In this document: in pieces, positions 47,646 through 58,400 of the stretch | How the letters are laid out: the number at the start of each line of letters is the position of its first letter | Numbering within the stretch: position 1 is the first letter of the stretch | IMG/VR virus record: IMGVR_UViG_3300025536_000010 | Coordinates: 62,001 to 126,000 of that record | Reading direction: 5' to 3' (one strand) | DNA length: 64,000 nt | Notes under the pieces: model-generated | Databases searched by the model: none | What the model was told of the DNA's origin: nothing | Seen by the model: the letters and a program-made list of their open reading frames with translations, nothing else | Translations under genes and position numbers: made by a program

Positions 47646-47690
47646 CCAGGCACGCCGCGCAGTCATAGGCTAAAAGCCAGATTTTGGATC

Positions 47691-47717
47691 GGGGCCGGGG
47701 GTGACCCCGGCCCCTTT
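47691..47717 (+). terminator. Intrinsic terminator after the tube gene
   Basis: GGGGCCGGGG-GTGA-CCCCGGCCCC followed by TTT. Confidence 0.7.
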
Positions 47718-47759
47718 CCCAGGGCCAGCGAGCCCATAACCGTACCGAAAGGTGCTAAC

Positions 47760-50513
47760 ATGTCGTACGAGCACGAACACGAGGGGGCGAGGCCCCCTGG
47801 TGTCTCCGGGCAACCAGCCGACCGCCGCGTCCTCGAACTCGACGAGGCCCTCCGCGGCGTCGAAGCCGGGCTGGCGGGTATCGGCGGCGCTGCGGCGATG
47901 GCTGATCCCACCCGCGCCGTCCACTCCCGCATGCAAAGCCTCGGCTACCCGGGCCACTGGACCCGCGGCATGGTCGTGCAGTCGATCCCCTACCTCAACT
48001 GGTACAAGGTGCAGTGCGGCGACGGCTACGGCTGGGTGTCCTGCTGCAAAGCCGACACCAGTTCGCAGAGCCCGCTGGGCGTCCGCACCACCAGCCCGTT
48101 GCCACCGGGCAGCCTGGTCCTGGTGTTCATCCCCAAGGGCCTGGGCGTCGGTTTCATCGCTGGCTCCATCCCGCCGGTCATCTACAAGGGCCAGATCCTC
48201 TGCCCCGACTGGATCGTCCAGGGCGGCATGTCGGGGATGAAACACGAAGAGATCCATAAGTTCCCCGTCAAGAGTCTCTACAAGATGGGCGGCGTGCTGG
48301 ACTTCTCCCAGCACAAGCCGATGGACGCCACGGCGTTCGAGCACGGCTGGATCACGCCAACCGGCGTGGCCGTTACCGTCGACGATTTCTATGCGCAGTT
48401 CCGCGTCCACGAGATGTGCGGCCTGTTTCTGTCGTGGTTCGACTCCTGGTGTCGCCTGGCCGGCATTAACCTACGGATCGAGTCGTCCGTTCACGAGGAG
48501 GAAGGCTACGACGACGAGATGGAGGCCCGCCATTTCAAGGGGGTGGCCCTCTACCCCTGGGAGGCCCTGGGCCTCTACAAGGAAGGTACGGACTTCACCA
48601 AGGAGAACGACGACAAAGAGGTCCAGTACGACAAGCCGGTGGGCAAGGTCGACCTGCCGCCTGGTGAAGAAGACCTCCAGCCCTGTTACCGCTGGCAGGA
48701 GTTCGGCGGCTACCTGGGCCAGGGGCACACCCGCATCCTCATGAAGCCTGGCCGCGACAGCGGCAAGCGGAAGTACCAGGACAGCGGCAACCCGCCCGAC
48801 GAGGGCCTGTTCCGCGAACACGTCGCCGCAGATGGCAGCTATTCGGCGATCTCAGCCAAGCGCTTCATCATCGGCAAGCGCGGCAAGCAAGTCGTGCCCT
48901 TCCAGGTCAAGCTACCCGAAGACCAGAACGGCGACGACGCCGAGAAGGGCAACTACAAGTTCTCTGGCAAAGAGGGCGGCGGCGAGGAACACAAGATCAA
49001 GGACATCCAGGTCACTGGCGAGTGGAAGCACATGCGGAAGGCCGCGGCGGTCTACGACGTCATGGCCTACGTCGTCAACTGGCAAGCGCTGCACCCGTTC
49101 CATTATCACAAGCTCGACTATGTCACCAAGCAGGAACGCGACCTGACCAGGACGTCACGCATCCAGGAAAACATCAGCTTCGGCGAACTGGCCAGCCAGC
49201 CGTTCATCCGCGACGCGCAGCCGAAGAAGATCAAGATCGACGACCGCTACGGCGACGTCGACTATTTCGAGCGCGAGAGCTTCCTGTGCTTTCACGACGA
49301 CGGCACGGTCCAGCTAGCAGCCGGCTGCGGTGAGCAAATCCTCCTGGGCGGCGGCGATGTCGAGATCAGCGCGCCGGGTAAAGTCAAACTGCTGCCCGGC
49401 ACAGAACTGATCGCCTTTGCCAGCCAGATGTGTTTTCGCTCGAAAGGCTCCATCGACTTCTCCAGCAGCAACGGCGACTTCCGGGCCAAGGCCGACAAAA
49501 ACATGCAGTTCCTGTCAGGCAACGGCGGGCGCGGCGGCATGCTGTTCCACTCCAAAGGCGCGGGGGACCAGCAACAGTACCAACAGCGCTACGGCGAAGA
49601 CGTGCAGTCCGCCGGCATCGTACTCAAGTCCGAGCAAGGCGTGTGTGCCATTGAAGGTAAGAACATCTACCTGCGGACGGGTGGAGCCGACCTGGGCACG
49701 GGCGACATTATCATCGACGCCAACAAAGGCCGCAACAAATGCTACATCTACGCCAGCCCGTTCAACGTGTTCACCAACCAGGCGGTGGAGTTCTTCTTCG
49801 GGCCGCAAGACGAGACGAGTAACGTCCGCAAGCTGTATCATTTCGGCGAACAGAACTGCATCATGGACGAAGTCAAACTGCTGGTCGGCGGCAAAATCAT
49901 CAGCTACAAGGATGGCGGCGTCATCATTGAAGGTGGCTGCTACGGCACCAAGGCGTTCGCTACGGCGGGCGTCATGGCAGACAAGAAGGGCATGTTCCTC
50001 GGCAAAGTGCCTGGTGGTTTCGGGGCGTCGATCTCGACTATCTGCGCGGCTATTGCCGGCATTGTGCCACTGCTGCGCTTCTCTGGCACCATTAAGCACC
50101 AGACGACCTTCCCTCAGAAGTGGTATTTGCCGATGATGCCAGGGAACACGCAAACCATCGAACAGATGGAGTTCTCGTTCCGCGACCCGCCCGGTCAGAA
50201 CGGTAAGCAGTACGGCACGCAGCAGTTGAAGTGGCCCGAGACGCGCTGGCAGACGATGGCGCGCCTGGGCATGGGCTCTGGCGGTTCGCCCTGGAGCGAA
50301 ACACCCGTAGTGACCCAGGGCACCCCGACCTATCCGTACCCGGGCAAGAATAAATGGCTGGAGGACTCACAGGTCTTCCTGCAACTCAGCAGCCTCAGAA
50401 TGTTTGACGCGGGCCAAGGCATCGACCAGGATCGGCCAGGCCCGTACGAAGACCCAAGGATCGGCGACTGGACGAACGTCCCGATGGCGTCCGGTTACAA
50501 ACTCATCCGCTAG
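47760..50513 (+). CDS. Putative baseplate central spike (gp5/gpV/VgrG-like)
   Basis: N-terminal OB-fold-like G.VV...YKV...PPGSLVLV and C-terminal short beta-strand repeats (DVEISAPGKVKL...SKGSIDFSS). Confidence 0.55.
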   Translation: MSYEHEHEGARPPGVSGQPADRRVLELDEALRGVEAGLAGIGGAAAMADPTRAVHSRMQSLGYPGHWTRGMVVQSIPYLNWYKVQCGDGYGWVSCCKADTSSQSPLGVRTTSPLPPGSLVLVFIPKGLGVGFIAGSIPPVIYKGQILCPDWIVQGGMSGMKHEEIHKFPVKSLYKMGGVLDFSQHKPMDATAFEHGWITPTGVAVTVDDFYAQFRVHEMCGLFLSWFDSWCRLAGINLRIESSVHEEEGYDDEMEARHFKGVALYPWEALGLYKEGTDFTKENDDKEVQYDKPVGKVDLPPGEEDLQPCYRWQEFGGYLGQGHTRILMKPGRDSGKRKYQDSGNPPDEGLFREHVAADGSYSAISAKRFIIGKRGKQVVPFQVKLPEDQNGDDAEKGNYKFSGKEGGGEEHKIKDIQVTGEWKHMRKAAAVYDVMAYVVNWQALHPFHYHKLDYVTKQERDLTRTSRIQENISFGELASQPFIRDAQPKKIKIDDRYGDVDYFERESFLCFHDDGTVQLAAGCGEQILLGGGDVEISAPGKVKLLPGTELIAFASQMCFRSKGSIDFSSSNGDFRAKADKNMQFLSGNGGRGGMLFHSKGAGDQQQYQQRYGEDVQSAGIVLKSEQGVCAIEGKNIYLRTGGADLGTGDIIIDANKGRNKCYIYASPFNVFTNQAVEFFFGPQDETSNVRKLYHFGEQNCIMDEVKLLVGGKIISYKDGGVIIEGGCYGTKAFATAGVMADKKGMFLGKVPGGFGASISTICAAIAGIVPLLRFSGTIKHQTTFPQKWYLPMMPGNTQTIEQMEFSFRDPPGQNGKQYGTQQLKWPETRWQTMARLGMGSGGSPWSETPVVTQGTPTYPYPGKNKWLEDSQVFLQLSSLRMFDAGQGIDQDRPGPYEDPRIGDWTNVPMASGYKLIR

Positions 50514-50525
50514 AAGGAGCTAGAC

Positions 50526-51899
50526 GTGGCAAAGGACATCGACCTGGCCTCTTTGAGAAAGCAGCAGGCCAAAGAGAAGCAAGAAACCCTTCTGGCTCGC
50601 GCGACGGGCAAGAAGCTCATTCAGCCGCCGCCGCCGGCAAAACCGATGGCCGCAGGTACGACTGGCAGGCCGCCGTTGCCGGAAGGCAAAGTCGTCGGCG
50701 CGATTGCCCCGTCGAGTCTGACGGCAAACGAGCGGCAAGCCCTGGAGAACGTAGGCTGGACCGAGGACATCCCGATCCCGGAAAACATGGCGGAACTATT
50801 CGAGGGGTTGAAGGCGCAGAAAGCGAGCGAGGCCGACCAGGTTACGCTGCCCATCGACCCGCGCACGCCGCCGCTCAAGATACCCGAGCCCGTGCCGCTC
50901 GCCAAACTGTCGCGCAAAGAAGCCGAGGACGCCGGCATTTTCGATGCCATGAAGTCGGCCGTGCAGACGTTCCAGGAGCGCAAGGAAGCCGAAAACGAAG
51001 AGAAGCTAAATGCGATGCGCTTCATGAAGGTAGCCGGGCTCCGCGAGGGCCAAGCCGCTGTCAAACAGGCTCAGGCTTACCGCGAACAGAAAGCAGCCGA
51101 GCAACTGCAAGACCCAGAGATCGTTGACGACCGCCCAGCCCCCAGCGCCAGGCCGCGGCCGGCGATTCAACCCAAGCGGCCGGGGCCAACCGCCCCACTG
51201 CCACCGGCGCGCGAGGCCCCGATTATCCGGGAGGAGGAGCCCGAACCAGAGACGGCGCCCGAACCGCAGGCGGCCCCGGCTGCGGCGCCCTCGGACACCG
51301 GCGCGGACTTGCATCTGTCGCACTGCCCACATTGCGACTGGCCGCTGCACATGCCGGGGATCGAGGAACCACCCTACGCCGACAAGATGTCCTTCCTGCA
51401 CACGCTGCTCGGCCGGCAGTGCTGGGTCAAAGAAGTGCCGCTGCTCGGCGGCAACATTACGGTCACGTTCCGCACGATCACCGTGCGCGAACTCGACGTC
51501 ATCTACGCTCAGGCGTATCGGGACCGTCAGAAGAACCCGGACCTGGAAGAAGTCGACTTCTGGGAGAAAGTCAACCGTTACCGACTGTTCCTCCAGATCG
51601 TGCAGTTCCGCAGCGACGGCCCCAACGGCTTCCTCCAGGACATGCCGGACGGGCTATCCAAAGCCAGCAACGAGGAGGCGTCAGCCTGGTGGTGGAAAGA
51701 TGAAGACGATGCCTTACTGACGGACGGCGAGACGCCGCTGCCCGACGTCGAGCGCTGGATCATCGGCAACATCCTCAAGACCGAAGCAATCTTCCGTATC
51801 GTCAACAACGCCTGCAACAACTTCAACCGCATGGTTGCTAAACTGGAGGCAATGGCGGATAACTCGGATTTTTGGAAACCGACCGAGGGGCAGTCCTAA
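50526..51899 (+). CDS. Putative tail assembly chaperone (gpG-like)
   Basis: Upstream of the tape measure; VTFRTITVRE motif; overlaps a -1 frame ORF. Confidence 0.55.
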   Translation: MAKDIDLASLRKQQAKEKQETLLARATGKKLIQPPPPAKPMAAGTTGRPPLPEGKVVGAIAPSSLTANERQALENVGWTEDIPIPENMAELFEGLKAQKASEADQVTLPIDPRTPPLKIPEPVPLAKLSRKEAEDAGIFDAMKSAVQTFQERKEAENEEKLNAMRFMKVAGLREGQAAVKQAQAYREQKAAEQLQDPEIVDDRPAPSARPRPAIQPKRPGPTAPLPPAREAPIIREEEPEPETAPEPQAAPAAAPSDTGADLHLSHCPHCDWPLHMPGIEEPPYADKMSFLHTLLGRQCWVKEVPLLGGNITVTFRTITVRELDVIYAQAYRDRQKNPDLEEVDFWEKVNRYRLFLQIVQFRSDGPNGFLQDMPDGLSKASNEEASAWWWKDEDDALLTDGETPLPDVERWIIGNILKTEAIFRIVNNACNNFNRMVAKLEAMADNSDFWKPTEGQS

Positions 51900-52405
51900 C
51901 GGTACGGGCTTGCGCACGCGGCGTTGTCGATTTCGCGCGGGCGCGGGTCCGAGACGTTAGCTGGTGGCGGCGGTCGAACGCCTTGATCCGGGCGATGGCT
52001 CGGGACGACGAGCTTCGAGGACTGCGGGCGGCGTTCGACTTCCAATGCGCCTTGGTCGGCAACGGGAACCTCAAGGAAGAAAGTTTCACAGACGCGCAAC
52101 GGCGAGCCAAGGAAGTCTTCAACGACATCCTCAACACGCTGAACCCCTGGGCGGCGAAATCGCTCGAACAGGTGCGCGAGGACGAACTCAACGCGCTCAT
52201 TCGCCTGTATCACGACACCATTGGCGACCCGGACGACCCCGAGCTACGAGCGAAGTGGGAAGCCAATCGTCTCGCTTGTGAAGCCGAACGACGCGAGGCG
52301 CGCAAGCAGAAGGAGACGGAAGAAGAGAGAATCGACCGCCTGCTGCGTCAGCGGGAAGCGGAGCGGGTGCGGGTCAACGAACTGATCCGCGACAACAGCC
52401 GGTAG
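51863..52405 (+). CDS. Putative gpT-like chaperone extension reached by -1 frameshift
   Basis: The -1 frame opens at 51863, just before G GAT TTT (51866-51872); no ATG with SD near its start. Confidence 0.55.
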   Translation, partial: LGFLETDRGAVLTVRACARGVVDFARARVRDVSWWRRSNALIRAMARDDELRGLRAAFDFQCALVGNGNLKEESFTDAQRRAKEVFNDILNTLNPWAAKSLEQVREDELNALIRLYHDTIGDPDDPELRAKWEANRLACEAERREARKQKETEEERIDRLLRQREAERVRVNELIRDNSR

Positions 52406-52414
52406 GAGGCAGGG

Positions 52415-55400
52415 ATGCCGCAATCGACCGCAATGCTGGCCAACATGGGGGCAGGCTACGTCCCGCTCGCCCAGGGCTCCGAGCACAGCCGCCGCATGCC
52501 GTTCGAGGGGCTCCCCCTTATCGGCGGCCAGGGCGGCCTGTTCGGTCAGGTAGCGAGCATGGCTGCGGCCCCGCCGCTCATGCACATGATGGGCGGCGTC
52601 GGTATGGTGCCAATGGGTGTCGGGCACGACCAAAACGTCTACGACCGCCTGATGAACCAGCGCTACACGGCCATGCAGATGCAGGCCATGCAGAAGGCTG
52701 CCGAGTCTGACCGCGAGGGCTTCTACAAGAGCTTCCGCGGCCTGGCTGCGGTCACCGGCACGCCCTTCGGCGCCCAGCAGCGCGCGGCGGCGAACCAGCT
52801 GGCCCACCTGGGCACGATGGCCGCGCCCATGATGGCCGAGATGATGCCAGACTTCCTCGATCAGATGGGCGGCCTGCGCGGCTCGGCCACGGTCATGTCC
52901 AAGCGCATGATGGACGCCGGGCGTTACCGGCTCGACCCGGTCACAGGCCGCATGGGGATGTCCGGCGAGTCAGTCGGCAGGCAGGCGCAGCAACTCTTTG
53001 GCGATCTCTACTCGCCCGACCAGGCGCACCGCATGCAAGGCGTCTCGGCAGGTCAAGCCGGGGCCTTGTTCCACGAACTCCAGATGCGCGGCATGGTCGG
53101 CACAGCGGCCTCCGAGAGCCGTTTTGCCGGTGTGCGCGGCGACGACCCACGGGCACAGACGCTCCGCGCCCTGGAACAGATGCGCGGCTTCGCTCCCAAC
53201 GATCTCAAGAAAGCGGCCTCTGACGCTAAGGTCGACATCAGCAAGGGCCTGGGGAACCTGAGCCCCGAAGACATCGACAAGCTGAACCTCAACCCGACCG
53301 TGGCAGACAAACTTCGCAGCTTCGACGGCGACCGCATCAAGCGCTCGCTGCGCAGTTACGTCGGCGCCGTCTCGGCCATGCGGGACATCTTCGGGGACAT
53401 GGGCAGGCCCAACGCGCCCATGCAGGAACTGCTTGCCGGACTTGAGGCCCTCACGGGCGGTGCGATGGCGCAGATAGACCCGGCGCGCCTGGGGACGATG
53501 GCCAGGCAGACCTACAACCTGGCCAAGCAAACCGGCGTCTCCCTGGACAACGCCCTGATGGTGCAGCAGCACGCCCAATCCAAGGCACAGTCGATGGGCC
53601 TGGAACCGATCTTTGGCGTCCAGGCTGCTCAGGGTGCCCTGGGTTTTGGTGGGGCCTACCGCGCCCAAGGACACGCGGCGCACACGGCCTGGGGGGCGTT
53701 CAACGCGGACCAGGCCCAGCAGATGGATGCGAACTTGCGCGTCCAGGCGTCCGGCTCGCACCTGGCAAACCGCATGGGGGCGGCGATCCGCATGTCGGAA
53801 ATGGCTGGCGGGTTCGCCGTCGACTCAGATGCGGCCAAATACGTCCAGGCCGTCAAGGGCGGCCTCAATCAGTGGAAAGATGCCAGCGGGCAGATGCGCA
53901 GCGTGGCCATCTCGGATGCCGAGTTCACCAGGATCTTCTCCTCGTCCAAAGGCCAGGACGGCCGTGCTACGGGCCTGTCGCAGGGCGATGCTTTCGCGGC
54001 CCTGGGCCAGCGGCACGAGAACCGCGAGCAGATCGAGCGGCACCGCCTGGGCGACATTGCCCGGCGCGCCCAGGGCGACGAACTGAACAATTTCGTTGGT
54101 CACCGCATGCAGGAGACGATGTTCACCAGGCTGCGCGAGCACCTCGTCAACCAGGGCATGTCGGCCCAGGAAGCGTCGGTCGCCGCGCGCTCGGCGGCTT
54201 CGGCGGTCGGGCAGAGCGTGACACGGCGGGCAATGGGCATGTCCACGTCCGAGTTCGCCGACGCGGCCACACGCAACCGTAACATCGCCGAGATCATGGA
54301 GGAGGAACTGACCGGCCAGGGCATGGGGGACGTGCTGCAAAGTATGGACCCAGCACAGCGGCAGCGCTTCCTGGCGCAGACTGCCGAGCGCTTCTACGGC
54401 TCGGCCAACCGAGCGATCCAGACAAGCTCTTTCCGAGCCTTCGGCAACCTCCAAAACGTCCACCGCCTCAACAACACCGCGACGCTCGACGAGGCTGATC
54501 GGCAACAGATGCAGGCGCGCCACCGGGCCGAGATGCAGGAGGCGCTGGCGCCTCTGGGCCAGGGCACGATCCTGTCGCGGGCCGTTGATGCCCTCCAGCA
54601 TGCACGCCCTGACGACCCGCAGGCCCTCCAGAAGGTGCTGGCGCAAGCAATGGGCGGTGTCCGCAACGAAGACATCAACCGCGCCCTGATCCCGCAGATG
54701 CGCAAAGTGCAAGAACAAAAAGAGCGGGTCGAGAAGCTCCAGGAGGACGTCGCCAAAGAGTCGGACAGCGAGCAGAAACAGAAGCTGATGGAGCAGCTGA
54801 ACACAGCCCGCCGCGAGCTATCGGCGCAGGCAAAGGGCCTGGCGCAGCTGGGCGAGCAGCACGGCATGTACGCCACGGACAGCCTGGGGTCCGAAGATAT
54901 GCGGCGGGTCGACCGCACCACCCGCGACGTCATGACAGCCCAGAACGACATCGTCGGGCTACGCGGCAACTTCGGCGGCCAGGTAGACGAGAAGGACATC
55001 GCGGCAGCCAGGGCCAAGTACGGCGGCAAGGCGGTCAGCGCCACCGAAGCAGCGGCGGTCATCCTGGCCCGCCGGCAGCAAGACGTCGACAAGGCCAAGA
55101 ACTACGCGCTGTCGGAGGAGCGGCTTGCCGGGCTTGAAGCGCAGGGCGCCGCGGCCGACCCGGCAAGCCTGGCCGAAGCCAAGAAGCAGCGCGACGAACT
55201 CAAGAAGGCCCTGGGTGGCGAACTGGCCGGGCTGCTCACTGGCTTAATGGGCCAGGTAAAGGCGCAGGCCACCGGCATGAACGACATGCAGGCTCGCGCG
55301 GCAGCAGTGGGCCTGATGCAGGCTAACGTCGGCAACATCGGCGAGGCCGCTGTCAAAAAGGAGATGGGCGGACTAACACTGCGCGACGACGGCGAGGTCC

Positions 55401-58400
55401 GCGCCCTGATTCGCACGCAGCGGCGCATGACCCCCTACCGAGCGAGCCAGGAGGAAGTTCAGAAGTACCTCGGCGAACACAAAGACATGACCGAGCGCGA
55501 GGCCCGAGACATTCTCAACATGCGGCTGCGCGCCAAGCGGCTCGGCATCCGCGAAGACGAGGTCGATTTCGAGAAGATCAAGAACCCGGAGGAACTGGAG
55601 CGGAAGCTGTCGGACGCTTTCGCGGCTCGTGCCCGCAAGAACTTCGAGGTCACGGACAAAGACCGTGAAGAGTTCCGCAAAGCCAACCCGGCGCTCAAAG
55701 ACCCCACGGGCGAGCAGATTACGCAGTTCATGGAGAACAACCCTGAGTACGCCGGCAAGCCCGATGAGGCCAAGAAGGCCATGCTCGACCGCGTCATCCG
55801 CATGGGTCGGCAGTCCGAACATCGGCAACGGATGGCGGCTTTCTGGGGCTCGGCCGAGGGCGGGGCTTTCCGCGAGACGGTCGACATGGCAGGCCAGGAC
55901 GTCGACAACGTTGCCAGCCGCCTGATTCAGACGCCGCACATGGTCCAGCGCCTAGGCACCCGGGCTATCGAGTACCAGGAGAAACTGTCCGGCGGCCAGC
56001 AGCGGCTGCGGGAACTGGCGCTCTACCACACGTCTGGCGACATGGGCCGGCTCATGGCCGGCGACTACAACATTGACCGCTCCAATAAAGGCGGCCAGGA
56101 GTCCGCCGAGCGCGTGGCAGCAGAGGTCACCCAGATCCAGCGCGACCAGCGGCGGATCATCGAAGAACTCCGCGAGCAGGAGGGACGTTCCGGCCGGCAG
56201 TTCCGCCTGGGCAGCGAGGACGAAGCGCGCAAGGCCCTGGGCCTGCCGGCGTACAACCTGTCTCCAGAGATGCGCAGCCGCGTCCGCGAACGTGCTGGCG
56301 AGTTGGGCACCGAGGAGAACGCCCGCACGCTGCTGGGGATCGACAAGAACGCTACCAACCTCAGTGAGTTCCAGAAAGCCAAGATCGCAGGCGCACGTTT
56401 CGGGGCCGGCAACGAAGAGGAGGTCATTGGCACCTACGGCCGCGAACGCTGGGAGCAGCTGAGCCCAGGTGAGCGGCAGGCGATGATGCAGAAGATGCGC
56501 ACGGGCGTCGCTAGCAAAGAAGAGGCGATGAAGCTGCTGGGCATCACTGACGACCAACTCAAGAACGACCCCACCGGCGAATACGCCCAGCGGCTCCAGG
56601 CAGTCATGGTCGGCCTCCAGACCGACGCGCACGGCCGGCAGCTGGCCGGCATCGACCAGAACGCGCAACTCACGGACAAAGGCAAGGACGCCGTGCGGGC
56701 CATGCGCCAGGGTATCGCCAGCGAAGACTGGGCGCGCAGCCGCATGGGTCTGGCTGCCGACAACCTCTCGCCTGAGCAGCGCGCGAAGGTGTTGGAGTTC
56801 CGGGAGAAAGCGGGCAACGAGGAAGAAGCTCGGCGTCTGCTCAAACTCGGCGACAAGAAAGCGATGACAGACGAGCAGGGCAAGAACGTCACCCGCATCA
56901 TCGAAGGGGCCAAGACCCAGGGCGAGGCCATGCGTGTCCTCGGCCTGAGCGGCAGCTACGCCAACCTCAAAGACGCGGACAAACTTCGCGTAGACGCCGC
57001 GCAGCGCGGCCTGGGTAGCAAGGAGCACGCTGCCAAGATGCTCGGCCTGGCCGACAAACTGTCGGCCGGTACGCTCTCCAAGGACGACGAGGAGCGGATC
57101 GCTGCGGCCCAGAAGCGCCTGGGCACGTCGGCTAACGCCATGATCGTCATGGGCCTCGACCCGGCCCAAACCATGACCAAGGAGGAGAGCGACCGGCTGC
57201 GCCAGGCGACCTACGACGTCAGCGTCGCGCGCCGCCTCAAACCGGAAGACGATACGGCCATCGGCAAGCTGGAGCAAAGCGAGAACCGGCTCAAGCGGAT
57301 CGCCGAATCGCGCGGGTTGAAAGTGGAAGACCTGGAGAAGGCGGCGACTGGCGACAAGAAGTTCGAGCTGTCCAAGGAAGAGGGCGAGCGGCTGGAGAAG
57401 GCCAAGCGCGAACACGGTACGGCCAGTCGGGCACATTCACAGCTGACCGCCCGCGCGGCCAACCTGCGGCGCAGCATTGCCACCCTGGGCGACGACGTTT
57501 CCGACGACGCGAAGAACAAGCGCCGGCAGGCCCTGCGAGACAGTTTGGCCTCGACCGAAAAAGAGATTCAAGACGCCGAGGGGCGCAAGAAAGCTGCCGA
57601 GACGTCCGTGGAAGCCGACGCGAAAGCCCGCGGCGTCTCGGTGCAGGACTACCTGCGCAACAAGGGCTTCGTCAGCGAGTCGGCCCGCGAAGAGGCCAAG
57701 CGCGCTGTCAAGGAGCGCGACGAGAACAAGAAGGCCGTCGACGAACTGGCCAAGTCGCTCGGCGTAAAGCCCGAAGACCTGGCCGGCGCTACCGGGGTCA
57801 CGAAACGGCTCGAAGAGGCCCAGAAGGAAGCGGCCCGCCGCGAGAACATGAACCCGCAGGACGTGGCTAAAGGCGTGCTCGAAGCCTACGGGTTCACCCC
57901 TGGCGCCGAACCAAGCGCAACGCAGAAGGAACTCGGTGCGCTCATGGGCAGCACCCGGGGCAAGGCCCTGGGGCAGCGCATGCTGGACACCAGCAAGACG
58001 CTCAGCGACCGTGCTGGCAAGGTCCACCCCGGCGCCAAAGGCACCGAGGGCGTGGACACAATGGCGCAGCAGTATTTCGACGTCATGGGCACGAAGGACG
58101 AGAAAGCGAAGGCCGAGAAGCTCAAGAAGTTTCAGGAGACGTACGGCTTCGACTCGTCGCACGGTCGGCTTACGGGTCAGGGCGCCGAGGACTGGCGGAA
58201 GTTCGAGCAGGCGATGCAGTTTCAGCAGCAAACGGGCCTGCTCAAGTTCGGCCGCGACCGCAGCAGTCACCGCAGCCTCAACCGCGAGGAAGACCTGCTC
58301 AACATCTACCGCCAAGCGATGCAGGGTGGGCAGGCCGAACAGCGGCAGCTGGACCCGAACTCCGGTCAGCCGCAGCAAATGCAGATCTCCTTCAACAACC

